In this document: one piece after another, positions 39,804 to 53,493 of the stretch | Layout: each line of letters begins with the position of its first letter | Position numbering within the stretch: position 1 is the first letter of the stretch | Assembly (NCBI RefSeq): GCF_006345805.1 | Contig: NC_043019.1 | Location: forward strand, 12,275,360 to 12,339,359 | Direction: 5' to 3' | DNA: 64,000 nucleotides | Origin: Octopus sinensis | Lineage: Eukaryota | Notes under the pieces: model-generated | Told to the model about the DNA's origin: nothing | Databases searched by the model: none | Seen by the model: only the letters and a program-made list of their open reading frames with translations | Translations under genes and position numbers: made by a program

Positions 39804-42398
39804 TGACCAATATGGTCAGTAATGTGCCACATTTACTCTTGATGCTTCTTGAAGTATGACAAACATTGTCTTTGTACCCCCACCCACCCTGTGTGTAATT
39901 CTCTATTTTTTTGTTGCTGTCTCTCTCTTTCTCTTTGTCTCTATCTCTCACACACACACACACACACCACACAGTCACTTGCACATAAACACTCACCCAC
40001 ACACTGACTTATACACACATACACGGGATTAGAGCAAACTTTGGTCATTGGTCTACTCAATCATGTTTGACCTAGGGTTAAAATAGCAACAAGCAAGAAC
40101 CACAAATGCACTGATTCCTGACCACCACCCACATACATATTCTTCTAGGTGAAGGATGGGTTTCTGCAAAGTAGAGGGTAACAAATGTTATGAGGAGTCG
40201 GAACTGACCAGTGAATCACCTTTTTGTACTAGGGAGCAGCCCCAGTGGGAAGCTAGTTTTCTTGTGGGCCTTTGAAAATCATGTGCTCACTGACAAGAGG
40301 GTACCAGTCAAGATCTGAAAATAGGATACTAGGGCCTATAGCCCTGGCCACTCGCACAGTATCTGATGCCAGGTCTCCCCTAGGCAACCCCTTTTCCATC
40401 AATGCTTTTTGTGGCAATGAATCGTGTGTCAATGATGGAACTTCTACCTGATTGTCCAACCTGTCAGTAATAACCCTTTCTTCTATAGGCAAAAGGCCTG
40501 AAATTTTCAGGGAAGGGGGCTAGTTAGCTACATCAACCCCAGTACTCAACTGGTACTTATTTTATCGACCCAGAAAAGATGAAAGGCAAAGCCAACCCCA
40601 GCACCATTTTGTCTCTGAGTGTAATCATGGATGAAATACCGCTAAGCATTTTGCCCTGCATGCTAACAATTCAGCCTGCTTGCTGCCTTCAACCTGTTAG
40701 TAATAATAGCCAAATCTCCCTCAAATTACACCCTACCACTTTTTAACCCTTTAGTTTTCAGATTAATCTGTTAAATGTAATACTTTTTTCACTCAAATTA
40801 TTTTCAATTAATCATACATTATCTTACAGCTCTGAAGTTTCAATGGTGTGATAGTTTATTCTTAGAATGTCAATGTAGGTTAGGTGTGAGGGGCTGGATA
40901 TGGCCAGTCTGAATGTAAAACATGTAGGATATTTGGGCTGGATATGGCCGGCTTAAACACCAAAGGGTTAACCCTTTCATTTCCATAGTTCTGTTGAAAT
41001 ACCCTGTCTTTGTTTCAATTAATTTTTAAAATAATGAAGAATTTAGTAAAATAACCTTGTCATTATTAAGCTTGTGTTTGCAATATAAATTAACCCTAAG
41101 CTACAAGAACATAAACTTGCTGGGACTGCCTGTCAGGGTCGTTTAGAAAAAGTGCGGGCTAAAACTACGCGCCTTCACTAGTCAGTTAAGGTGAGACAGT
41201 GTCACGTGACAACTTGCTGGGGCTGCCTGCTGGAGCCTAGCGGCAGGTATTTAAAGGGAAAAATTTGACAAGACAGTCAGTCATCGGCTGATACTCGCTG
41301 ACGATACATCGAAGAGGCCAGGGAATAGAAGAAAGAAGACATGCACCCAACACCAGATCTGAAGATACCTCCGATAGGATGGGGGGCCACCACGTCAAAA
41401 CGGTAGAAGAGTAGGGGCCGAAACCGGACGTGGTTCCTCCTGATGATGTCTTGAGCTAACTGGATCCTATAAAGGAACTGTTGTGGTAGCAGACCACGAA
41501 AACACGGTTGTAATTCCTTCCTTGGTTGTCAAGCAGTGGTGGGGGACAAAAATAGAGACACACACACACACACTTACACACATGCATGCACATGCATACA
41601 CACACGTAATGGGATTCTACCAAATTCACTCACAAGGCTTTTGTTGGCTCTAGGCTACAGTAGAAGACACTTGCTCAACTGAGACTGAACCCGGAACCAT
41701 GTGTCTGGCAAGCAAGTTTCTTACCACACAGCTACACCTGTCTGTGCCTACGTGAATACTTCCTTGTGAGAAGTTGTTGTAAATGAACAAGAGCAAGCTG
41801 GGGACAGAATGTAGGTTGCAGTGGTGTTGGTGATGGCGGTGGTGCCAGAGATGTCGTTGGTCTCATTGGTTTTTTAAGGATGGTGCCATTGGCTGTTACT
41901 GTGGCAATGATGATGAGGATGATGGACATGGCTCTAGTGACAGAGACAGCTGTGGTGGCAGTAGTTCGTTGACCAGGGCAATTGCGAGACGACGATGTCG
42001 ATGATGGTGGTGGCATTGACAACGGTAGTTTGGTTTCTAGATACAATAATAATAATAATAATATTGCAACAGATTGCAGGGGGGGGGGGAGGAGAAAAGG
42101 AAAGTGAAATGCAAAGTGGCAAGGCTACTGAAGTTTCTAGAACTGAGCTTATGTATGTATATTTTATATGTATGTATGTTTGTATATTTGTATGTAGATT
42201 GAGTGGCTGTGTATATATGTTTGTGTGGATGCGTGTATATATATATACATATGTATGTATGTGTTTGTGTGTATATATATATGTATGTGTTTGTGTGTAT
42301 ATATATATGTATGTGTTGTGTGTATATATATATATGTATGTATGTGTATATATATGTATGTATATGTGTATATACATATGTATATGTATGTTTATGTG

Positions 42399-42429
<31 letters not shown>

Positions 42430-43612
42430 TTATGTGTATATATATATGTATGTATATATATATATGTGTGTGTGTATATATGTATATGGCAGCAGTGATG
42501 GTTGGAGGGGGGGGGGGGTAAGTAGCAAGACAAAAGCAAGTGTGAGCATTTTGAAAATGGCAAGTGAGACCGAGAGAGGTGAAGTGTTTGCTTTTCAAGA
42601 GGAATAACGACAACAGACCAAATTAGTCAACATGTTAGTGAGAAACTGTACACTCCTCAGTTTTTTTTTTTTAGTTATTTTTATTTTCATTTATATTTCT
42701 TTTTTTCATTCTTCTTCAGCTAAAAGGATGTGACTAGGAAGAAGAGGATGAAGTGGTGGGACGAGGAGGAGGAGGGAATGGTGGAGTGGTGGTGATGGTG
42801 AGGGGGTCAGGCTTTGTTTTAAAAGTAACCAGTGTTTAGAATTTCTGATGAAGACAAAAGCAAACCAAAAAAAAAAAAGGATCCCCCCCCAAAAAAATAA
42901 TGCACTCAATTCTGGCGACATGCTTTCTCACTGTGTCTATTTCTTCTCTGATGCTCTCCTTCCGTGTTTGTTTGTTTTTCTCTCTCTCTCCTTCCGTCTC
43001 TTCTATGTGTGTGTCTTCTGCTACTCTCTCTCTTTGTCTTTCCCTCTTGTGCAATTCTCTTCTGTGATTCTCTCTCTCTCTCTCTCTTTCTGTGTCCCCC
43101 ACATCTGTAACTCTTGTTCCCCCCTCCCCTTTAACTCTTGTTTCCTCCACAACTATCTTCTCTTCCTTCCTCCTTCATCCTCTCTCTTCCCTTCTCTCTC
43201 TTCCCCTCTCTCCCATCTCTCTCTTCCCTCTCTCTCTCTCTATCCCCCTCTCTCTCTCTGTCCCCTCTCTTTCTTCCCCTCTCTCTTCCCCTATCTCTTC
43301 CCCTATCTCTTCCGTCTCTCTTTCCTCCTCTCTCTACCCCTCTCTTTCTTCCCCTTCCTTTCTCTTTCTTCCCCCTCTTTCTCCCCCATCTTTCTTCCCC
43401 CTCTCCCCCCCGCTCCCCCTCTCTCTTTCCTTCTCTCTTCTCCCTTCTGCCCCCCCCCCCAATTCTCTGGCTCAGTCTCTTGGAGTAAGTAGTATGCTGT
43501 CTGCACATATTCTCATTTCAGTAGCTTTTTATCCTTGAGTGGTAAAAATGGTCAAGTATTCGACAAAAAGCTTTCTGGCATTTAGTCATTTTTACTATAT
43601 CTACCACATCTG

Positions 43613-43960
43613 AAGACACATGGCTCAGTGGTTAGAGCATTGGGCTCATAATCATGAGGTAGTGAGTTTGATTCCTGAACCGGGCTGTGTGTTGCGTTCT
43701 TGAGCAAGACACTTCATTTCACATTGCTCCAGTTCACTCAGCTGTAGAAATGAGTTGTAATGTAATATCACTGGTTCCAAGCTGTGTCAGCCTTTTCCTT
43801 TCCCTTGGACAACATCAGTGGTGTGGAGAGGGGACGCTGGTATGTGTGGGTGACTGCTGGTCTTCCATAAACAACCTTGCCCAGAACTTGGGCCTCGGGG
43901 AGTAACTGTCTAGGTGCAATCCCATGGTCCTTCATGACCGAAAGGGGTCTTTACCCTTTA
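43613..43960 (+). mobile_element. tRNA-derived SINE family D
   Basis: Homologous to 3979-4310. Confidence 0.75.
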
Positions 43961-44884
43961 CCATGTGTGTATTTTGCAGAAACACTTACTTGCCATCTAG
44001 TTAGCTGAATATTGAGTACAAATATACTTATGTTCAACTCTCCATGTATATATTTATGTGTGCTATAACTATATCATTACCATCATCATTTAGTGTCCAT
44101 TTTCCTTGCTGGCCTGGGTTGGATGGTTTGACAGGGATTGCCAAGCCATGTGAGTGGATTTTGTAGACAGAAACTGAAAGAAGCTGGCGAGCTGGCAGAA
44201 ACGTTAGCACGCTGGGCAAAATGCTTAGCGGTATTTCATCTGCTGTTCTGAGTTCAAATTCCACCAAGGTCGACTTTGCGTTTCATCCTTTCAGGGTCGA
44301 TTTACCCTTTAGTGTTCAGATTACTCTGTTAGATGTAATACTTTTTCACTCAAATTGTTTTGAATTAATCATGCATTATCTTACAGCTTTGAGGTTTCAA
44401 TGATGTGATTGTTTATTTTTAGAATGTCAATGTAGGTTTGGTGTGAGAGGTTAGATATCACCAGTTTGAATATAAAACATGTAGAATATCTGGGCCAGAT
44501 ATGGCCGGTTTAAACACTAAACGGTTAAATAAGTACCAGTTACGCACTGTGGTCGATATAATCAACGTAATCCATTTGTCTGTCCTTGTTTGTCCCCTCT
44601 GTGTTTAGCCCCTTGTGGGCAATAAAGAAATAAGAAACTGAAAGAAGCTTGCCATGTGTGTATCTTTGTTTCTGTGTTTGTCCCTCACCACTGCTTGCCA
44701 AGTGGTATTGGTGTGTTTACGCCCCTATAACTTAGCAGTTTGGCAAAAGAAACTGATAGAATAAGTATCAGGCTAAGAAAAGGATTAAGTACTGAGGTTG
44801 ATTTGACCAACTAAAAATTCTTCAGAGCAGTGCCCCAGCATGGCCGCAGTCTAATGACCGAAGCAAACAAAAAAAAAAATTAAT

Positions 44885-45276
44885 CTTACTCTTTTATTCT
44901 TTTACTTGTTTCAGTCATTTGACTGCGGCCATGCTGGAGCACCACATTTAGTCGAGCAAATCGACCCCGGGACTTATTCTTTTGTAAGCCCAGTACTTAT
45001 TCTATCGGTCTCTTTTGCCGAACCACTAAGTAACGGGGACATAAACACACCAGCATTGGTTGTCAAGCAATGCTAGGGAGACAAACATAGACACACAAAC
45101 ACACACACGCATATATATACATATATACGACGGGCTTCTTTCAGTTTCCGTCTACCAAATCCACTCACAAGGCTTTGGTCGGCCCGAGGCTATAGTAGAA
45201 GACACGCAGTGGGATTGAACCTGGTACCATGTGGTTGGTAAACAAGCTACTTACCACACAGCCACTCCTGCGCCTA
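44885..45276 (-). mobile_element. SINE family A
   Basis: Matches the consensus. Confidence 0.8.
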
Positions 45277-46010
45277 TTTTGTTTTGCAAGTTCAAATACT
45301 GTTTCGTTGGACTGTGTCATTTACAGTTCTGGCTTTTTTTGGGTAACATAGGCACCAAACAAAGAATGTAAAGAAAAGACCCAATCTTGCACATTGACTG
45401 GAATATTTTAAACTTATTTCATTCTAATTTCTGATCTCACATTTTGCTGGCTTGCAGCATAACTCTATATGACTCACCACACTTGTCTCGACTATTCTCC
45501 TGCTGTCTGCCCTTTACAAGATCCGTCTCCGTTCTCTCTCTCTTTAGTTCTACTTCAATGAAAAATAGTTAGCATTTCTAAGAGTTTCTTGACAAAGTCT
45601 TTGAACCAGTTTTCACCAAAACTTTCTCTCAAGAAGGCAATGAACTCTAGACTGACAGATCTAATTATGATGGTGAATTCCTTCCATCAAGGAAGACAAC
45701 TGTTAGGTTTTCTTGAAATCTGAAGTTTTTTTTGAGCAGCTGCTTCTGGTGTTTGTTTATACACACATACAAATGTAAATATACATATACACACACACAA
45801 ACAAACATACATATATATATACATACACACACACACACACACACGTTTAAATAATGGCTAAACTAGCAATATGACCATTCCGAAATATAACAATATATAT
45901 ATATTATATCATATATTATATACATATCTATATATATATATCACACACACACACACACACCACACACACACACACACACACACCACGCCACACACACACA
46001 GAACACACAC

Positions 46011-46076
46011 ACACAACGCGAGGACATGGAGCAAGTATAGTATTATTTTATTGGACGCTCAGGAAAGAAGGAGGGT
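46011..46076 (-). mobile_element. Truncated copy of the 200-bp hammerhead element (3' part only)
   Basis: acaacgcgaggacatggagcaagtatagtatt...ggacgctcaggaaagaaggagggt is the reverse complement of the region downstream of the motif in the 6053 and 52119 copies. Confidence 0.7.
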
Positions 46077-46118
46077 ATACACACATACATGTATATATAC
46101 ACACATACATACATGTAT

Positions 46119-46167
<49 letters not shown>

Positions 46168-46229
46168 CTTATATATATGCTTTTGTAAATTTTATTTTTG
46201 CTTCTCTTTACTTATTTTAGTCATTTATT

Positions 46230-46906
46230 TATCTATTAGCTCTCAAGACAAAATGCGTGGCAACATTTCTTCTGGCTTTATATTCTGAGTTCAAATTCTG
46301 CCGAGGTCAACTTTGCCTTTCATCCTTTTAGGGATCAGTAAAATAAGTACCAGTTATGCACCAGGGTCAATGTAAACCACTAGCCGTCCACTACCCTATT
46401 TCATGCCTTATGGTAGAAAGAAGCATCATTATTATTATTATTATTATTTTTGAGGTAGAAAGCTGGCAGAATTGTTGTCATGCAAGACAAAATACTAGTG
46501 GCATTTTATCCATCTTTACATTCTGAGTTCAAATTCCACCAAGGTTGACTTTGCCTTTCATCCTTTCGGGGTCGATAAATTAAATACCAGTGAAACACTG
46601 GGGTCACATAATTGACTCATCCCCTCCCCCCAAAATGGCTGCCCTTGTGGCAAAATTTGAAACCATTATTATTATTATTATTATTATTTAAGGCAAGCTG
46701 GCAGAATTGTTAGCGTGCTGGTTGAAATGCTTTGCAGTATTTCATCCGTCTTCACGTTCTGAGTTCAAATTCCGCTAAGGTTGACTTTGCCATGCATCCT
46801 TTTGGGGTCGATAAATTAGGTACCAGTGAAACACTGGGATTGATGTAATGTAATCGACTAGACCCCTTCCCCTGAAATTGCTGGCCTTATGCCTTTAGTA
46901 GAAAGG

Positions 46907-46944
<38 letters not shown>

Positions 46945-47593
46945 GGTGGTTAGCTGGCAGAATCGTTAGCATGCCGGGCGAAATGCTTAGCGGTATTTTG
47001 TCTGCCGCTACGTTCTGAGTTCAAATTCCGCCGAGGTCGACTTTGCTTTTCATCCTTTTGGGGTCGATTAAATAAATACCAGTTATGCACTGGGGTCGAT
47101 ATATCGACTTAATCCGTTTGTCCTTGTTTGTCCTCTCTGTGTGTAGCCCCTGTGGGTAATAAAGAAATAGGTATTTCGTCTCCGCTATGTCTGAGTTCAA
47201 ATTCTGCCAAGTCAACCTTGCTTTCATCCTTTCGGAGGAGTCGATTAAATAAGACCAGTTACGCACTGGGGGGTCGAAGGTATATCACTATCCCTCGCCC
47301 AAATTTCAGACCTTGTGCCTATCGTAGAAAGGATTATTATTAAGGTTGGGGGGGCTGCAGGTTCATTAGCATGTGGACAAACTGCTCTGTGGAATTTTGT
47401 CGTTTTATGCTCTCATTCAAAAGCTTATTTATTCGAGGTTGACTTTACCTTTGATTCTTGGGGGTCGATAAAAATTAACCAGTTGAAACTGGGGTTGATA
47501 TAATCAACTATTCCCCTTCTTTCGAAAGTGCTGGCCTTGTGCCAAAGTCTGAAAACCAATAATTATAGGCGGTGAGCTGGCAGAATCGTTAGC
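46230..47593 (+). repeat. Head-to-tail cluster of family B-related SINEs separated by (ATT)n, ending at the gap
   Basis: About seven GAGTTCAAATTC...GGGGTCGAT units. Confidence 0.8.
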
Positions 47594-47693
47594 NNNNNNN
47601 NNNNNNNNNNNNNNNNNNNNNNNNNNNNNNNNNNNNNNNNNNNNNNNNNNNNNNNNNNNNNNNNNNNNNNNNNNNNNNNNNNNNNNNNNNNNN
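47594..47693. other. Assembly gap (100 N)
   Basis: Run of 100 n, so contiguity across it is not guaranteed. Confidence 0.99.
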
Positions 47694-48417
47694 CTTAAAT
47701 TTATCCACCCTTCTCAATTCATTTTCTCTTACGCTCATCTTCTTGTCCCTTGACAGAACACTCTGGCATCTTGTCTCCAGCATCATTGTCTCCTCTCCAG
47801 CTATTCCTACCCACCCTTATATAATACAGTGGAGGTTAGGGTCGCCTTGTATCTCTTCTCTGGCAAGACACCTGTGTCTGTCCATCTTTCATATCTTTGC
47901 CTTTCAACACCTGGCATAAAACTACCTACCATTCTGGGTGAATTATGCCAGGTGTTGAGAAGCTGAGATATGAATAAGGGACAGCCACAAGTATCTTGTT
48001 ATAGTAAAGACTGTAACCTTACTCAGTTAAAGGGACTTTTTACTCTTCTCTTTGTCTTGCAAGTTGTTTGTCAGCCTCACTAGTATTGTGATAAAAAAGC
48101 ACCCAGTATACTTTGTAAAGTGGTCGATGATAGGAAGGGTATCCAGCCATAGAAACTATAGGGTAAAGACTCCCTTATTTATGAATGACCATGGGATTGC
48201 ACCTAGAAAGTTCCCCCTCCATGGTACAAGTTGAGGCAAGGTTGTTTATGGAAGACCAGCAGTCGCCCATGCATACCAGCCTCCCCTCTCCACGCCACCA
48301 GTGTTATCCAAGGGAAAGACAAAGGTCGATACAGCTTGGCACCAGTAACATCATCATCATCATCATTGTTTAACGTCCGTTTTCCGCGCTAGCACGGGTT
48401 GGACGGAACATTGTCCT

Positions 48418-48537
48418 ATGCTTACTGCACCTAGGTTTCCCAAGCGGTCACCCATCTAAGTACTGACTAGGCTCAACGTTGCTTAACTTCGGTGATCAGA
48501 CGAGAACCGGTGCTTTCAACGTGATATGCTTGTTGCA
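48418..48537 (-). rRNA. 5S rRNA copy, probably a dispersed pseudogene/retrocopy
   Basis: Reverse complement reads CATATCACGTTGAAAGCACCGGTTCTCGTCTGATCACCGAAGTTAAGCAACGTTGAGCCTAGTCAGTACTTAGATGGGTGACCGCTTGGGAAACCTAGGTGCAGTAAGCAT, matching metazoan 5S with internal A/C boxes. First ~9 nt are divergent, there is no oligo-T terminator, and it is a single copy inside a SINE. Confidence 0.9.
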
Positions 48538-49070
48538 ACTAATTTCTACTGCTGAGGGAATTGGAGGAATGTGAAATAAAGTGTCTTGCTCAAGAACACA
48601 ACATGCAATCTGGTCTGGGAATTGAACTCACTACCTCATGATTGTGAGCCTGATGCACTAACCATGGAAACATGCACCTTTGTAGAAACTATACCGAGGC
48701 AGGTATTGGAACTTGATGCTGTCTTGATCAAAAAGATATTTGATTAACGGCAATACAACCATGACCATCTACAAAAATAGTTTCTAACCCCATCCTCTCA
48801 AATTCATTAGCCTTGTTTCTAACTCAGAAACAACAACAACAACAATAATAATAATAAATTTCGAATTATGGCACAAAGCCAGCAATTTTTAGGGAATTAG
48901 CTCAGTCCTAGAAAGACGAAAAGTAAAGTTGACATCAGCAGGATTTGCCCTCAGAAGCATACAGAGCTGGTAGAAATGCCACGAAGCATTTTATCACCTA
49001 TGTTAACGAGTCTACCAGTTCACTGCCCCAAATAATGATAATAATAATAATTGTTTCAAATTTTGACACA

Positions 49071-49234
49071 AGGCACAGGAGTGGCTGTGTGGTAAGTAGC
49101 TTGTTTACCAACCACAAGGTTCCGGGTTCAGTCCCACTGCGTGGCACTTTGGGCAAGTGTCTTCTACTATAGCCTCGGGCCGACCAAAGCCTTGTGAGTG
49201 GATTTGGTAGACGGAAACTGAAAGAAGCCCGTTG

Positions 49235-49267
<33 letters not shown>

Positions 49268-49470
49268 CTGTGTTTGTCTCCCTAGCATTGCTTGACAACC
49301 GATGCTGGTGTGTTTATGTCCCCGTAACTTAGCGGTTCGGCAAAAGAGACCGATAGAATAAGTACTGGGCTTACAAAAAGAATAAGTCCCGGGGTCGAGT
49401 TGCTCGACTAAAGGCGGTGCTCCAGCATGGCCGCAGTCAACTGACTGAAACAAGTAAGAGAGTAAAAGAG
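49071..49470 (+). mobile_element. SINE family A, full length
   Basis: Matches the consensus. Confidence 0.85.
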
Positions 49471-49713
49471 AGGGAGAGAGAGAGAGAATATCCGGGTAGC
49501 CTTTTTTTTTTTTTCAAATTTTTTTTCCCCAATTTTTTTTTTTTTGTTAATTTTCTTTTCTCTCTCCTTGTGAACCAAGACTACTTAGTAGGGCCCTAGC
49601 AACTCTTCTTCTTCTTGGTTGGTGATGACCAGCTAGTAGGTCGTGAGTAATTTGCTTTTAGAACTAAAGACCTTCCTCCACACCACCACCACTATTCTGC
49701 TCTTCTCTCTTCG

Positions 49714-49777
<64 letters not shown>

Positions 49778-49947
49778 TCTCTGTCTCTCTCTCTCTCTCT
49801 GTCTCTCTCTCTCTCTTCTCCATTGACAAGTTATTTGCAGTTTGTCAAAGAGCAGTAATTTCCTGAAAAACTTAAAACACTGCCAAACCAGGTCATTGTT
49901 TGCTAAGTGGCCTCTGTGTGTGGTGTGTGTGTGTGTGTGTGTATGCG

Positions 49948-50035
49948 TATATACATATATATATATATACATATATTACATACATATATATATATATACA
50001 TATATATATATACATATATATATTATACATATTAC

Positions 50036-50066
<31 letters not shown>

Positions 50067-50233
50067 CATACATTATATATAATATATACATATATATATA
50101 CATATATATATATATATACATATATATATACATATATATATATATACATATATATATATACATATATATATACATATATATATATATTATACATATATAT
50201 ATAATATATTATATATATAATATATATATATAC

Positions 50234-50264
<31 letters not shown>

Positions 50265-50329
50265 CATATTATATATATATACATATATATATATATATAC
50301 ATCTATATATATATACATATATATATAAC

Positions 50330-50382
<53 letters not shown>

Positions 50383-50480
50383 CATATATATATACATACA
50401 TATATATATACACACACACATATATATATATATACATGCATATATATATATATATATATATACATATATGCATACATACA
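49948..50480. repeat. Long (TA)n/(TACA) microsatellite
   Basis: Direct observation. Similar tracts at 27130-27310 and 42150-42487. Confidence 0.9.
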
Positions 50481-51350
50481 TCTTGTTCATTTTCTCATTC
50501 TTGCCCCCTTTCTCTCTTCTCGTTCTCTTCATTTCTTTGTCTTTATTTTCAGTTATATGCATGTAATTTTTTTTTTCTGTGTCCTTTTTTTCAAAAAAAA
50601 AAAGAAAGAGAAGTATTTGTGTGTGTGTGTCTATAGGTAAATGACTGTGTGTTTGTGATGCATTCGTGAATATTTTGCTGTGCAAGTATTTGATAACGTG
50701 TGTGCGAGCGAGTCGTTGTTTTCCATTTTATTGTCGTATACGGATATCATTCATCCATCAATTTGAATCCGACTGTTCCTTACTTTCGTCTTATCTCCCA
50801 TAGAAAACACAAAAAAAAAAAAATTAAGTCTTAGAATGTGTCCATACTCCTTCGCCATTCTGACTCCTAAAAGCAGAGAGAGAGAGAGAGAATGAGTGTC
50901 GGTGGGGCAGAGTGGGAGAGAACTTTGAGTTTTGTTTTGCGTAGTAGAATTTAAATTTTTCTCTTTTGCTCTCCTCATTTACACAGACACACACTCTCTC
51001 TCTCTCTCTCTCTCTCTCATTTATTCCTGCCTTGTTTGCATGAAGACGCAACAGTCACGACTGGAATGGATGTCTTCAATTCTAGCCTACGTTGCTCAGG
51101 AATGACCTGGTGCTAAATGGCAGCACCTTCCTGGTAAACATTGGTTGCGAGTACCAGACTATTTGATGGTAATTTAAGATGCACCCCTATCCCCCACCCA
51201 ATCTCTCAAAACAATCACTCCTGGTCCTATATGCAAAGTTGGGCTCTCATAAGCCTTGAAACACTAACAATTTTTTCACTGCATATGCACTGCTGAAATA
51301 AGGGTGCATCTAATATGCTATCATATGGTTGTAAGGGTTCACAACATATA

Positions 51351-51583
51351 TATTTCTTTACTACCCACAAGGGGCTAAACATAGAGGGGACAAACAAGGA
51401 CAGACATAGGTATTAAGTCGATTACATCGACCCCAGTGCGAAACTGGTACTTAATTTATCGACCCCAAAAGGATGAAAGGCAAAGTCGACCTCGGCGGAA
51501 TTTGAACTCAGAACGTAATTACAGACGAAATACCACGAAGCATTTCGCCTGGTGTGCTAACGTTTCTGCCAGCTCGCTGCCCT
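51351..51583 (-). mobile_element. SINE family B monomer
   Basis: 18-bp TSD agggttcacaacatatat (51334-51351, 51584-51601). Confidence 0.9.
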
Positions 51584-51927
51584 AGGGTTCACAACATATA
51601 TCTGACTTCTCACCATATAGCTGTGAAGTTGAGCTTCGCCATATCCTACTATTCAGCATTTTTCTTTGCGGTCTCTCAGCCGTACAGAATTTGTTGTGAG
51701 TCACCACACTTGTGTGCTTTAACTGTCAGTTCTAGTGATTCCTTGAACATGGTCTCTCATAAGTGCACAAATTTTTGTTCAAATTTGAAATGTAAATTGT
51801 TCCGTCGAGCCAAGTTACTCGCTTTTATTTCAAGGTATATATACAGCTTAACCCTTTAGTGTTCAGTTTTCTGTCAAATGTAAATGTTTGTTTATTTACA
51901 TAATCTTGAATTAATCATGCATTATCA

Positions 51928-52328
51928 TAGGCACGGGAGTGGCTGTGTGGTAAGTGGCTTGCTTACCAACCACATGGTTTTGGGTTCAGTCCCACTGCAT
52001 GGCACTTTGGGCAAGTGTCTTCTGCTATAGCCTCAGGCCGACCAAAGCCTTGTTGTGAGTGGATTTGGTAGACGGAAATTGAAAGAATCCTATCGTATAT
52101 ATGTGTATGTATGTATGTATGTGACTGCATGTGTACCGTTGGCGATTTTTTTCCTCTGTCTTCCCTTCTCTGGATCTTTCCTTCTCCCATGTTTCCGACG
52201 AAGAGTTCCGCTCGAAACGTTAAACCCTCCTCCTTCTTTCCTGAGCATCCAATAATACTCTATTTGTTCCATGTCCTCGCGTTGTTGTGTTTTTTTGTGC
52301 TCTCTTGTTTGGATTAACTGTATATATA

Positions 52329-52366
<38 letters not shown>

Positions 52367-52545
52367 TTGTCCCCCCAACATTGCTTGACAACCAATGCTG
52401 GTATGTTTACATCCCCGTAACTTCACTGTTCGGCAAAAGAGACCGATAGAATAAGTACTAGGCTTACAAAGAATAAGTCCTGGGGTCGATAAAGGCGGTG
52501 CTCCAGCATGGCCGCAGTCAAATGTCTGAAACGAGTAAAAGAGTA
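51928..52545 (+). mobile_element. SINE family A carrying the 200-bp hammerhead element, nested in a piggyBac-like MITE (51849-52658)
   Basis: Three-level nesting visible from the flanking MITE halves. Confidence 0.8.
52119..52319 (+). mobile_element. ~200-bp TA-tract-inserted element with minimal hammerhead motif (52191-52225)
   Basis: GTTT-CCGACGA-A-GAGT-tcc-GCTC-GAA-ACGT-T-AAAC with palindromic ACGT stem III. Homologous to 6053-6249. Confidence 0.65.
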
Positions 52546-53460
52546 TCTAGTAGTTTAGAGATTTCGATAATGTGATTGTTTAGTTTTTGCAGCTTTCAAC
52601 ATCAAAATAGGTTAAATATTTGGGCTGGATATGATCTCTTTGAATGTTAAAGGGTTAAATAAAAAATCTGAAATATCCTACAGTTGTAGACACATTTCAA
52701 AATGCTTAATTCTTAACAATGCATCACCAAGTAGACACCTTCAAGGGTATTTTCAGTATTTGGAGTATCTTAATGCTTCCATTTTTGGAGAACTAAGAAC
52801 AAATAGATTTTTTTATATATATATATATACCCATGCAATATTTTTCTATTTCATATTTTTGCACATTATAGATGTTACAGGCACAGATGTGCCCTTGTAG
52901 TTAAGAAATTTGCTTCTCAAGTATATGGTTTCAAGTTCAGTTCCATTATGGGTAGGTGTCTTCTATTGTAGCCCTTGACCAACCAAAGCTTTGTGACTGG
53001 ATTTGGTAGATGGTACACCGATGAGAGTGTCATACTTTTATGGATAATATAACAATTGCAAACAAATTTAACAATTACATTAGGTAGGGGAGCTCTGAAA
53101 GGGGCCTCAGGAAGTAGTGTCCTTACCTTCCTGAGCTAGTTTTCCACCATATTACTTAAAAATCGTGGTAGAGGCCTTGGTCCTCGGGACCACTTATGTC
53201 TAGAAACTGAGGTTGGGGGTAATAAGGGCATGCTACCCGTAGAAAATCCAGCTCCAAAACAGCCTCATGATAACAAAGGAGAATGGGCACCAGCCAGCCC
53301 AAAAGGTGAGGTGGCATTCAGGTAGATCATTGCTATGGCATTGAGGTAGATCTGGCTACCCCCATTAACAGGGACAAAACCTGAATTTAAAACACTGGAT
53401 GATGATGATGATGATGATGATTGGTTGTTAGTAGCTTATTTTCAGTTTTATATACCTGTA

Positions 53461-53493
<33 letters not shown>

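Noticed and set aside
41934-43538. Several 100-214 aa ORFs
   Set aside because: TA/TG and polypyrimidine repeats with no domain-like sequence.
49842-50685. YI-repeat ORFs
   Set aside because: (TA)n translation.
53017-53045. CCGATGA-GAGT..ACTT hammerhead-like start
   Set aside because: No GAAA or stem I/III follows.
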